Of a stretch of DNA of 64,000 bases, positions 1-9,608 are shown piece after piece. The stretch is from a virus. Under the pieces are notes generated by a model. That model was given only the letters and a program-made list of their open reading frames with translations, made no database searches and had not been told where the DNA came from. The stretch covers positions 8,068-72,067 of the IMG/VR virus record IMGVR_UViG_3300025449_000010; one strand, 5' to 3'. Each line of letters starts with the position of its first letter. The stretch's first letter is position 1. A program made the position numbers and the translations under genes.

Positions 1-3000
1 ATTTCATATATCTGAGATGAGGTTAATCCCAGAGATACTGCTGCCATTTCAAATGCATAATTTTCATAGTTAACAGGCATATTGTCAAACTGCTGTTGAC
101 TGCTAACTAACTGCATACCAACATGTAATCCGGCTACAAAAGATTCAGCAAACATATCTTGCATGCTGCCCGTACTCAGTGCCCTATCGTTTTCACCTGT
201 TTTAGCGCTGCTAATTATTATCTTATTTAAAGTTTCGATAAATTTAGTCTGAGCGCCATTATCTCCTGCTAATACGGCTGCTAAATCTATACCTCCTCTG
301 GCTTGATTGAATACTTCAAATAGGGGATTAGAAGTAATATTCAGCCTATTTAACTTATTAATACCGCCTCGAAGAAAGGATTCACTGTCTTGTCGGGATG
401 CCACTCTAATATTTCTCAATATCTCTGGAGCATCATCTATTTCCCCATTAATATCTGTAATATTCTCACCGTACCTATGCAATGCTTCAGATATTTTTTT
501 CGCATATTCCTCAGATCTATCCTTATCGTTATCTTCGCCATAGCCAGTGAATGATTCTATACCAAAAGTCAACAGCATTGCGGCTGCAACTCTCTTAGCA
601 CCCAATGCCGATATACCTTCAGTAAGTTCAGCTACGCCTTCTTCATGTCTAAGTAACTGGGCTCCATGTCCAGGCATATAGGCTTTAAAAGAAGTTATGT
701 TAGCTATGCCATGTATTTGATGAGCCTGTATTCCTCTACTACCCTCTACTGCGCTTCTTAGAATACCAAAGCCATCTCTACTCTTACCTAGCCTGCCTTC
801 TCTCTGACTTCTATTGTATTCTGAAGCCCTATATTCAAATCCTTCTACATCAAACATCTGCACAACAGATTTAAATAGTCCAAAGTTGGCTTCCTGACGA
901 TCTCCAGATACCAGCAACGAAGATCTAATAGAAACATTACGAACTACAGTTGCAGAATTAGAACTATCTCCAGATGTTCCTAGTCCTGTTTTGATTTCTA
1001 TAGAATTGTTGTGATAGGATATACTGACCCTAGCTCCCAGCGTAGCTTCAGTAATACTACTAGATCCAGAGACAGCCTTATCCTTAATACCTTCGAGTAG
1101 TTTAATTAATTTATCACTACCGATACTAGAGCTATTTCTATTTTGATCTGTAGATGCAGCCACGGCACTGGCAGCATTGTCAACAATACCTCTAACCTGC
1201 TGTGCACTGAGGGTATTTACTATATTACTTCCCTTCCTGACTAGGTATGCTTCACCTGTATGTGGATCTATAGAGACAATATCGCCAATTCCCAGGTTCA
1301 AGTTAGCCATACTAAAGTCATTCATCAGACCGTAGCTCTTAACCTTCCTATTCTGAATATTGATATTTCCATATCTAGTGGGTACTACTTCTTCCCCGCT
1401 ATCTGTATTAATTTTCCTGCCAAATCCGGCATTAGCATAGTAAGTGGCATCATGCAGGTACCCGCCAAGCCTGAGTAACATAATAGGTTGATCTTCCCAT
1501 CTGTAACCATCCCTATCAGTTATTATCGGAGCACCAGTCATAGATGTACCGTCAAGCTGATCTCTAGTTACCGCCCATGCTCTGAGTAAATGCTTCTTCT
1601 GTTTATCATCAAATAAATCTCTATATTCATCTCCATTCAGTTTTGCCTTCATATTTTCATAAATTTTCAACTGAGAAGGAGCCATAAGGGAACGAATATC
1701 AGAATCAAACTGATAACCCATTGTCATCATATGTGGAAAGTAACCACCAAATAACAGAGCAGCTGTAGCTTCTCTTTCACTCGTTCGCCCATCATCGCCA
1801 AATAATTCAGTTCTAAAGTTTTTTCTAATATTTTCTATATAGTTATCAGCCCTGCTTCTATCTTTGGCATCAAAGCTATTAAGTAGGTTTATATAATGAG
1901 TATATTCCGCACTGAGTGCAACTTTAGATTTAGTGCCCATAGCATTACGTATCCTCTGAGCAAACTGAAACTGCTTATCTTTCTTACCAGTGCGAGTTAT
2001 TAATAATCTATCTTTATTAACTAATGCTGTCTGATTACTTGCTACGACCGAATTATAACTATTAATGGCTAAATTTTTCTGACTCTCTAAAAATTCATTT
2101 CCTAAATTAGCTACACCAGCGATGTCACTGTAATAGTCACTCTCAGTAAATTGAGAGACATCATTACTATCCCTATCTCCATCTATTATGTATCCAATAC
2201 CAATTGCCTCCAATGCTTCCCAATTGTTCAGTAGGGATAACTCCTGCATACGAGATCCAGTAGCAGTGGAATAGTATTCCATAGTAGTGTTAGTAATAGC
2301 AGAAGCCAGAGCATAAAATCCGGTGCCGCCATACTTTGTAGGATCAAATATCATCGGACTCAAGACAGAGGACATACTGTATAGATTGGAAATCCCTACT
2401 TCAGCTGAGCCTCTACTTCTCTCTAAAAAGGATTTATTAGCATCGTTATATTCGCTACGAGAAATAGTATAGTGAGCCTGAGAATTAGTTCCTAATCCTA
2501 ATTCAGCAAATGGAATTGTATTAATTGAAACATGCTGATTAATCATTTCATTAACATCAACTCTATCGGATAGACCATGAGCCATCAGAGCAAATACATC
2601 AGATAGAACATGCCCCTTAGCTCTCTCTTCATTGGTATTTAATCCTAAAATTTTGCCCAGGGTATTACTGAAAGTGTCTAGATTAACAGAACCCCCAACA
2701 GTCTTAGGATTAAACTGATCTATTGTCAGATTAAATAGTTCTATAATACTATCAAGAGACTCTCTTCTGGTGCTTCCATAGTTAGCATTAAGTCCTCTGG
2801 TCAGTTCTACTGTATTTTTGACAACATCATAGAGATCTGTCATATGAGGATTCCTAGAAGCTCTTAATCTCTCTCTAACTGATATGACATTTGTCCTTGC
2901 TTCTTCAAAAGTTTTGTAATAACCCTTCTCAACCCATTTTCTAGCATATTCATCTACATATCTATCCTCATTTACTCTACTAGGTAAGGCACTATTATCC

Positions 3001-6000
3001 AGAGCCTGAGTCATTTTACCGCCATACTCGGTTAACAGTATAAGAGTATTTCTAGCCTCGAGTAGAAATTTTTTAACATCCTGGTTTTTAATTTCTACTG
3101 CATCTTGAGCTTTTTTACTGGGATCTATAAAATCTGCAATCATATCCAGTGCAGCATCATGATCTTTAAAATTCTTATGAACCCAAAATACTCCAGGATT
3201 CCTACTATCTATATTTGTATCTACTATTTCTTCTCTGTTTTTAATAAGATGCATTTCAGATCCAGTCTTCGATGACTTAACCTGAACACCATAGGTTTTA
3301 CCTTGATAATCATAAATTACATCTATCTTGCTGTTGACATCGCCTTTCGTATTTTCATCTAATTTTCTTACATTACTAATAACCTTACTAAATCTAGGAT
3401 CCTGAAGATATTCTACAAACCTATTGACAGCATTATCGCCTCCACTGGAATTGTAATTTGTACCAGCATCTTCAGAGAGATAACTTTTATGACTAGTTAC
3501 CTCAACTGGCTTACCATATGCTCCAGCTAACCCATTATCGAGAACTTTACCTTTGATAGGGGTGTCATCAGCTCCAATTAGATTTTTATGGAATCCAAGA
3601 GTAGCCTCTAATCTATTTTCTAATTTTCCTCTCTCAATAGGACTAGAAGAACCCATACCCAGATTAGAAAGAAAATTAACTGTCAAGTCTCTGATAAACC
3701 TACTTCTCTCAGAGATGTCATCCATACTATTGACATTATTAATGTACTGAGCAGGACTAGCTATTGATTTCCTATAGTTGTATTCCAACACATTACCTAA
3801 AATAGCCATAACACCGGTCTGAGCACTGTTGAGATACAGTTCATTACCCATACCTGATTTAACAGCACCGAAAGGTGTAGCAAAATTACCAGCATCCTTA
3901 CTAGCTATTACGCTACCTCTATAGACTCTACTCTCGTTAGTTAATACTATGGTGCCTTCTAGATTAGTATTTTCAGTGGCATTAGATCTTGCCTCAGTTG
4001 AAGAATTTAAAATTGTGTAACTTAAATTCTTATTGCCTATTTTGACACTAAAGCTATCTGTACCACCAGACTCCAGAGAACTATTAAGACTAAGCTCTAC
4101 TCCACCTAAATTATTAAAAGTGTAACTTGTCCTATCCTTATTCACCTTCATGTTGTAAGGATTTACAGCAGGACTATACCCCTCTGAACCATATTTTCCA
4201 TATTCATGAAATGCTTTTTCATATTCTGCCAGTCTATCCTCCATAGTGGCTCTATGTCCTAATGCCTCAGATACCCTATTGAAGAGTTCTATATCTGTAA
4301 CACTGCTTCTCTTTAACTGTTCAATTAATATATTAAAAGCAGTTTTAACACTCTCGGTATTTCTAATTTGCTTCAATATATCGCCCTTCATATTCTGAGG
4401 CTGATCTATTGCTCCCATGAAACTGCGTGGAACACTTTCTTCCTGAAAAAACCTATCTCTCTGCTCCTGTCCCCAGCCCAGAGCTTCACTGAAACCTCTA
4501 CTTACGAGATTATGTAGGGACTGACTATGTACCTTAGCAACTTCAGGTAACATATCTCGGTTGCCTAAGACATTGTAGCCAGCATTTGCTGGATTAAATC
4601 TAGAAGCATAGTCTGGATTAAGTGAAACCTCATTGAGCTCTAAAGATAGTTTCTGTTTATACTCCATGTAGGCTTCATGGCTATTAAAATCAGATTCAGT
4701 CAATAACTCCATAGAAAAGGGAGTAAAGTTGCTTGAACCTATATTACTGGCAATAGTAACTATGTTATTGTTATTATCATATTCATACAGGGAATATGCC
4801 TTGGCATGTTGTCTGGGAACTGAGGCTTCCTGCACATTTCCACTAGATATAGCCAGCAGAGTTCTTAGGGTATCTCTAACATGTTGTGTAGAATTTAAAC
4901 CCGTTTCTTCGTATTTGGCTATAGAACCCTGACCAAATATATGTTCATACACTTCAAATCCAGCTCGATGAGAGACACCTCCCTCCATAATGCTAGTTAA
5001 TATATCTTCAGCATATGTACTTGTAGAAGCGTATTTCTGTTTAATCATACGCATGTAACCCAGCAAGTTGCCGTTATATTCCTGATTAACCTTACTATCA
5101 GGAGCAGAATTCATCTTACTTATAAGGGGATTGAGTACCTGTTCAGCAAAATTTCGGATATCTACTGCAACAGTTAATCTTCCCTCAATTAAACTGTTAA
5201 GAGTTTTTTCCTGTAACCTGGCGTATCTCTGAGCCAGGTCATTATCTTTCAGGTATCTCTGCATATTCTGATCGTATAGACCAAATTCACTGGTAAAGGC
5301 GCCGCCTTCTCTATCTCTAAGTAGACTAGTGCCCTGTAATAGTAAAGTCTGGTCTAACATCATAATCATGCGGGCAGACTCATTTACACTTTTTTTAAAT
5401 TTATTATTAGCAGAATCTACTCCATAGGTATAGTCAGATAGATAGCTCAAAGCACTATCTAAATGTTCATAGACTCCTCGCATATCGGTTGTTTCTTTAC
5501 CGCTATCAATATCTTTATCAGCAGCAGTGCGTAGATTATTAAAATTGTCTCTAACCTCATCGCGATCAGCTGAGTAACCAGTAAAATCGCTCTTAGCAAT
5601 CTTACGTCTCTGCGTATAGAGAATATTCTCCATTTCCATAGCACTTCTCTTAGTTTCTGCTAACTTAGATAGTCCAGGATCTCCGTTATACTCATCTTCA
5701 ATATCTTCAATAGTTTTATTTATTTCATGTTCAGTACGAAACCTGGCAATAGATACTAGCTCAAAGTTACTGCCAGATAATTCAAAATCCCTACCTACTG
5801 GCTCAGTTAGGTTCATTGACCCCAGTATAGATACGCCACCGATGAGATCGTCATCTGTAAAATTTTCAGAATCCTCCCTGAATGTCTCATCTACCATCAA
5901 CTTAAGGTGAGAACGATCATTAGCAAATTTAGTAGCAATTCTCTCATGAGCATCGTAATGATTAGATCCCCTTCTCACGAGAGCATGCTTCATTGACTGT

Positions 6001-7076
6001 AATCTGCCAGCAGTAGTTAAGTTTCCACCTAAGATGGCTAAATTAGTATTGTTATCATCATCACTATCGCTAGGAGTAGCTAGAGTCACATGAGCGCTAA
6101 AATTTACATCAGTAGCAGTTCTAGCCGTAAGGTAATCGAGTGCAGTCTCATTCTGTAACTGAAATATATCTATATATAGCCTGGTCTTACCTGCTCTTAT
6201 GCCACCAGCCTGACTAGAAATAATATCTGATTTATTACCCATCATCAGCAGGGCAGTGCCAATTCCAGGACGTATTTCAGTAGGTGAAGGCTCAGTTATA
6301 TTAAGAAGTCTGGCTGCAGAATCTAAACCAACAGGATCCATCATGGTGTTGTTTAAATAACTGTTTGCCCTGGGATCTCCAAGTAGCTGCATACCAGTAT
6401 TGATAGATGCAGCATTGAGATCGGCATAGAGCATCTTAGACTGCGCCTGTATAGCTAAATTACCTTCTTCCCAAAGATCTGTATTCCTATTACCAGATAC
6501 TATACCTGCGCCAAGCCCGCCAGAAGTCCATGGATTAGATACTGCAAAAAATAGAGAACGCGCATCTGCATCAGAGCCAAGACCTAATCTACCCGATACA
6601 ACTTTCAAGATGTCATAGGTCTGAGCTGTCGGTTTAGATAGTCTATTGAGATCTGTATCTATAGCTGTATAGGTAATAGCATTATCAATACTCTGTAGAC
6701 CATCTACACTGCTAATTTCACCAGTACTCAGCTTATCTTCGTAATTTTGAGCCGCCTGAATATACAGATCCTGATTAGGATTATTAGAATCAGATGCAGC
6801 TTCTAATAAATCAGCGTAGGTTTCTATGCCATCTCCCGCCTCAGGAAGGTACTTGTTAATCAGTTTGCCAGAGACTGCGCCAAAAAAGAATCTCTTACCG
6901 CCCGTTAAACCCTGTTCAGCTAAAAAAGCATCAGATAAATACTGATTTTTCGCATTAACCCGCAACAGGTTAAATTTCTGCTGCATATTATAGTTCTGAA
7001 CAAGTAGCAACCCATTGTCACTAGATCCATCCCTATAAAAAGCTCCCGGTTGCCAAGTACTATTACTATCTGACAC
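1..7076 (-). CDS. Giant (>2358 aa, 3'-truncated by window edge) multidomain protein: two PLD-superfamily motifs, PD-(D/E)xK-like nuclease motif, possible RNAP beta-like DPBB
   Basis: GTG at 7076 preceded by TAGGTAAACT; translates MSDSNSTWQPGAFYRDG... Every segment I translated in this frame was open, down to ...YAFEMAAVSLGLTSSQIYE at the edge. An internal stop would have produced a long listed ORF and none is listed. Motifs: HLKLMVDE..GSMN (5909-5811), HAK..IGSSNFT (4808-4722), KIDV..YGVQVKS (~3330-3272). Confidence 0.88.
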   Translation of the reverse strand, partial: MSDSNSTWQPGAFYRDGSSDNGLLLVQNYNMQQKFNLLRVNAKNQYLSDAFLAEQGLTGGKRFFFGAVSGKLINKYLPEAGDGIETYADLLEAASDSNNPNQDLYIQAAQNYEDKLSTGEISSVDGLQSIDNAITYTAIDTDLNRLSKPTAQTYDILKVVSGRLGLGSDADARSLFFAVSNPWTSGGLGAGIVSGNRNTDLWEEGNLAIQAQSKMLYADLNAASINTGMQLLGDPRANSYLNNTMMDPVGLDSAARLLNITEPSPTEIRPGIGTALLMMGNKSDIISSQAGGIRAGKTRLYIDIFQLQNETALDYLTARTATDVNFSAHVTLATPSDSDDDNNTNLAILGGNLTTAGRLQSMKHALVRRGSNHYDAHERIATKFANDRSHLKLMVDETFREDSENFTDDDLIGGVSILGSMNLTEPVGRDFELSGSNFELVSIARFRTEHEINKTIEDIEDEYNGDPGLSKLAETKRSAMEMENILYTQRRKIAKSDFTGYSADRDEVRDNFNNLRTAADKDIDSGKETTDMRGVYEHLDSALSYLSDYTYGVDSANNKFKKSVNESARMIMMLDQTLLLQGTSLLRDREGGAFTSEFGLYDQNMQRYLKDNDLAQRYARLQEKTLNSLIEGRLTVAVDIRNFAEQVLNPLISKMNSAPDSKVNQEYNGNLLGYMRMIKQKYASTSTYAEDILTSIMEGGVSHRAGFEVYEHIFGQGSIAKYEETGLNSTQHVRDTLRTLLAISSGNVQEASVPRQHAKAYSLYEYDNNNNIVTIASNIGSSNFTPFSMELLTESDFNSHEAYMEYKQKLSLELNEVSLNPDYASRFNPANAGYNVLGNRDMLPEVAKVHSQSLHNLVSRGFSEALGWGQEQRDRFFQEESVPRSFMGAIDQPQNMKGDILKQIRNTESVKTAFNILIEQLKRSSVTDIELFNRVSEALGHRATMEDRLAEYEKAFHEYGKYGSEGYSPAVNPYNMKVNKDRTSYTFNNLGGVELSLNSSLESGGTDSFSVKIGNKNLSYTILNSSTEARSNATENTNLEGTIVLTNESRVYRGSVIASKDAGNFATPFGAVKSGMGNELYLNSAQTGVMAILGNVLEYNYRKSIASPAQYINNVNSMDDISERSRFIRDLTVNFLSNLGMGSSSPIERGKLENRLEATLGFHKNLIGADDTPIKGKVLDNGLAGAYGKPVEVTSHKSYLSEDAGTNYNSSGGDNAVNRFVEYLQDPRFSKVISNVRKLDENTKGDVNSKIDVIYDYQGKTYGVQVKSSKTGSEMHLIKNREEIVDTNIDSRNPGVFWVHKNFKDHDAALDMIADFIDPSKKAQDAVEIKNQDVKKFLLEARNTLILLTEYGGKMTQALDNSALPSRVNEDRYVDEYARKWVEKGYYKTFEEARTNVISVRERLRASRNPHMTDLYDVVKNTVELTRGLNANYGSTRRESLDSIIELFNLTIDQFNPKTVGGSVNLDTFSNTLGKILGLNTNEERAKGHVLSDVFALMAHGLSDRVDVNEMINQHVSINTIPFAELGLGTNSQAHYTISRSEYNDANKSFLERSRGSAEVGISNLYSMSSVLSPMIFDPTKYGGTGFYALASAITNTTMEYYSTATGSRMQELSLLNNWEALEAIGIGYIIDGDRDSNDVSQFTESDYYSDIAGVANLGNEFLESQKNLAINSYNSVVASNQTALVNKDRLLITRTGKKDKQFQFAQRIRNAMGTKSKVALSAEYTHYINLLNSFDAKDRSRADNYIENIRKNFRTELFGDDGRTSEREATAALLFGGYFPHMMTMGYQFDSDIRSLMAPSQLKIYENMKAKLNGDEYRDLFDDKQKKHLLRAWAVTRDQLDGTSMTGAPIITDRDGYRWEDQPIMLLRLGGYLHDATYYANAGFGRKINTDSGEEVVPTRYGNINIQNRKVKSYGLMNDFSMANLNLGIGDIVSIDPHTGEAYLVRKGSNIVNTLSAQQVRGIVDNAASAVAASTDQNRNSSSIGSDKLIKLLEGIKDKAVSGSSSITEATLGARVSISYHNNSIEIKTGLGTSGDSSNSATVVRNVSIRSSLLVSGDRQEANFGLFKSVVQMFDVEGFEYRASEYNRSQREGRLGKSRDGFGILRSAVEGSRGIQAHQIHGIANITSFKAYMPGHGAQLLRHEEGVAELTEGISALGAKRVAAAMLLTFGIESFTGYGEDNDKDRSEEYAKKISEALHRYGENITDINGEIDDAPEILRNIRVASRQDSESFLRGGINKLNRLNITSNPLFEVFNQARGGIDLAAVLAGDNGAQTKFIETLNKIIISSAKTGENDRALSTGSMQDMFAESFVAGLHVGMQLVSSQQQFDNMPVNYENYAFEMAAVSLGLTSSQIYE

Positions 7077-7102
7077 AGTTTACCTAGATACATTTAACTA
7101 GC

Positions 7103-7124
7103 ATAGTTTATATAAATAAACTAT
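7103..7124. promoter_or_regulatory. AT-rich inverted repeat in divergent promoter region
   Basis: ATAGTTTAT-ataa-ATAAACTAT between the divergent starts at 7076(-) and 7214(+); overlaps TATAAATA (7111-7118). Confidence 0.35.
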
Positions 7125-7213
7125 CGAACCTGTAGGCATTGACACCCTGCTGCCTACTACTTGCGTTCAGCCTGCACCTACTGTAAGACATCCACTAGAC
7201 AATATTATCTACT

Positions 7214-7585
7214 ATGTTTACATGCGTCCTACCCTCTGGCAATACAGTAGTGATGAAATCACTCACCTTCAGAGATCGCCAGCAAGCTGTTCGCATCATG
7301 AAGACAGCTAAGGATGAAGGTTATCTACTCGAAGAACTAATGGCGGCCATGGCTATTATCTCCATCAACGGTCAGGATCTGCCACAGGATCTAGTATCCG
7401 ATCCTGTAACTCGAATGGACAACTGGTCACTGCCAGATGCCCAATACTACCTGGAGTTCTTCATGAGTATCAGCTCTATCGATGAGAAAACACGTAAAGG
7501 AGCTGAAGAACAGGCGAAAAAGCTCATGGCAGGAGCTGGGGCACCCCCGGCGCCTACATCCAAGGTAAAAGTTCAGCCTGCCTGA
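7214..7585 (+). CDS. Tail assembly chaperone (gpG-like)
   Basis: 123 aa, starts with 'LPSG..V.MK.LT.RD' followed by helical segments, the pattern typical of myophage TACs; carries a slippery site and overlaps an open -1 frame. Confidence 0.65.
   Translation: MFTCVLPSGNTVVMKSLTFRDRQQAVRIMKTAKDEGYLLEELMAAMAIISINGQDLPQDLVSDPVTRMDNWSLPDAQYYLEFFMSISSIDEKTRKGAEEQAKKLMAGAGAPPAPTSKVKVQPA
7516..7554 (+). other. Putative -1 programmed ribosomal frameshift signal
   Basis: G AAA AAG at 7516-7522, then GC hairpin GCTGGGG-cac-CCCCGGC. The -1 frame is open from 7507 (after TGA 7504-7506) into ORF 7618..8085. Confidence 0.65.
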
Positions 7586-7617
7586 GTCTAGAATTAATCA
7601 GGGCCCAGAGACAGTTC

Positions 7618-8085
7618 ATGGGTGGATTCCTCCACCCTGACTCCATACTCAGCCGAAGAACTCACCTGCCCTGTCCCTATGATCCCACCACGCTGATAGA
7701 TGGACGTGCCGCTATCATCTCCGAGCGCTTTAATGAGTATCTACCTCCAGACTGGTCTCTCATCCAGCTCAAGATTAACTACGTCAAGGCAGTAGCCAGC
7801 CATATGCGTAAGAATAATCTGCCTGCCACCTCTGGAGGAAGTCCCAATATATCTGGATGGCTGCATATATGCACAGTCCTGGGCGGCGGTGTCAACTGGC
7901 ATGACTGGCAAGACCTGAATGAATTCGAGCAGGAAGCCCTGATCCAGGAGGTCAATGAACATAACCGCCAGCAGGAGAAGAGACACCAGCAGGAGACTGA
8001 GAACATGAAGAAAGAACTTCAGAGTATCCAGTCTGAGAACAGTCCATCCATGTTCAACAATATCAAACCACCCTCATTCCACTAA
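7618..8085 (+). CDS. gpT-like C-terminal part of tail chaperone (probably made as a G-T fusion)
   Basis: Lies in the -1 frame relative to 7214; 'W.DW..L...E...L' followed by a coiled-coil-like tail resembles gpT regions. Confidence 0.6.
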   Translation: MGGFLHPDSILSRRTHLPCPYDPTTLIDGRAAIISERFNEYLPPDWSLIQLKINYVKAVASHMRKNNLPATSGGSPNISGWLHICTVLGGGVNWHDWQDLNEFEQEALIQEVNEHNRQQEKRHQQETENMKKELQSIQSENSPSMFNNIKPPSFH

Positions 8086-8088
8086 ATC

Positions 8089-9597
8089 ATGGACGAATCT
8101 CCCCAAGAGCAGAACAAGGTCTCGCACCTAGTTACCCAACCACCTGTAGTAACCTCACCTACCTATAGGAGGTTCCCACCTCGGTTAGGTCAATTCGGAC
8201 GCTCCATGTCCTATACCTCTATTGGAGAGAGTTTCAGAGCCACCACCAAGCCCTCCCAGCAACAGCTGGCTGTCTGGGATGAGGCACGCCAGAGAGAACC
8301 CACCATACAGGCTGGGTTCAATATCATCACCAGGAACCTGCTGGCCACCATCGGAGACTATGTGCATCCCAACAGGGACATACAGAACTTCGTCAGGGCC
8401 AATATAGCCCAGGGACTGCATAGATGGATAGAGGCGGCACTGATATCCAGCATGTGGAGTGGGTTTTCAGTCGGCGAGGTGATCTGGCAGTACCGCGATG
8501 GGCCCAACGGCAAGCAGGTCTGGATCAATGAGATCATGCCGTACCATCCCATCCAGATCTTCTTCATCGTCAATGACTTCGGACAACTCACCCATGGCGA
8601 GAGGGTCACCTACTCCAGCTACAAGTCTGGTATCTGGGTACCCCGTCCTGCCAGCCAGTATACCCGGAAGATCAACACAGACACACATGGCATCCATGCC
8701 AGACTGCCACGCAGCAAGGCCTTCTACACCAAGATAGGACATGACCAGGGTAACCCCTACGGTCACAGTCCCCTCTTCCCTATCATGCGTTACCATCTCT
8801 TCAAGGAGGTCTTCATGGATCTCATGAGTAATGCCCTGGATAGGTATTCCATGCCCCTACTCTACGTCAAGGTACCCAACCAGACCACGCAGGAGGCCAC
8901 CACTGATGCTGATGGCAGCACCCGCATGCTGACACTGCAGGAGGTAGTGGCACGTGAGATACAGGAGATAGAGCATGACAGCTTCCTGGTATTCACCCAG
9001 ACCGATGCCCGCAATAATCCCATCGAGATAGGTGCACTGACCACAGGTAATAACTACGGGGAGGCATTCAACCATGCCATCGACCTCTGCGATAAGAACA
9101 TGATGCTGGGTCTCAATATACCCAATCTCCTGTTCCATGAGCAGGGCAGACAGCTGGGTGGGGGCGGCGCCAGTGCCATCCAGTGGGAGGTATTCAACCA
9201 CTTCATCGGCTCGCTATATGATGTGACTGTGGGTGCATTCATAGACCAGGTGGTACGTCAGCTGATAGCCTACAACTTCGATGTCAACACCGTACCTGAT
9301 GCTGGTGAACTCGGCTACATGCAGCGTAAGCCCATCAGACCCGTGGATCAGAAGACCACTGCTGATGTCTATTCAATACTGACCCAGATAGGTGCTGTCA
9401 ATACCACCAATGAGACCGACTTCGCTCATATCAGGGCAGTCATGGGTCTACCAGACCGTGATCACCAGGGCTACGATGAGCCTCACCTGCCAGGCATGAC
9501 TCCAGCGGTAGGGGCGGCGCCGTCCCAGACCCGCACCAGGAAGAAGGCAACCACCAGGGATGGGCAGGAGCCAACCGACAAGTCAGTCCAGAAATAG
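8089..9597 (+). CDS. Portal protein (Mu gp29/DUF935-like)
   Basis: 502 aa; 'WSGFSVGEVIW' and 'GNPYGHSPL...FK..M...LDRYSMP' patterns; upstream of protease and capsid genes. Confidence 0.85.
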   Translation: MDESPQEQNKVSHLVTQPPVVTSPTYRRFPPRLGQFGRSMSYTSIGESFRATTKPSQQQLAVWDEARQREPTIQAGFNIITRNLLATIGDYVHPNRDIQNFVRANIAQGLHRWIEAALISSMWSGFSVGEVIWQYRDGPNGKQVWINEIMPYHPIQIFFIVNDFGQLTHGERVTYSSYKSGIWVPRPASQYTRKINTDTHGIHARLPRSKAFYTKIGHDQGNPYGHSPLFPIMRYHLFKEVFMDLMSNALDRYSMPLLYVKVPNQTTQEATTDADGSTRMLTLQEVVAREIQEIEHDSFLVFTQTDARNNPIEIGALTTGNNYGEAFNHAIDLCDKNMMLGLNIPNLLFHEQGRQLGGGGASAIQWEVFNHFIGSLYDVTVGAFIDQVVRQLIAYNFDVNTVPDAGELGYMQRKPIRPVDQKTTADVYSILTQIGAVNTTNETDFAHIRAVMGLPDRDHQGYDEPHLPGMTPAVGAAPSQTRTRKKATTRDGQEPTDKSVQK

Positions 9598-9608
9598 ACT
9601 GGTGCCGC

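Noticed and set aside
2165-2195. IIDGDRD as the RNAP catalytic DxDGD motif
   Set aside because: It lacks the first Asp and the preceding NA/GAD context, and it lies upstream of the putative beta-like barrel.
1-7076. Non-coding DNA or stop-codon recoding suggested by the empty ORF track (also 57888-64000)
   Set aside because: Both regions read as single open frames in the standard code that run off the window edges; TAA, TAG and TGA all serve as stops elsewhere.
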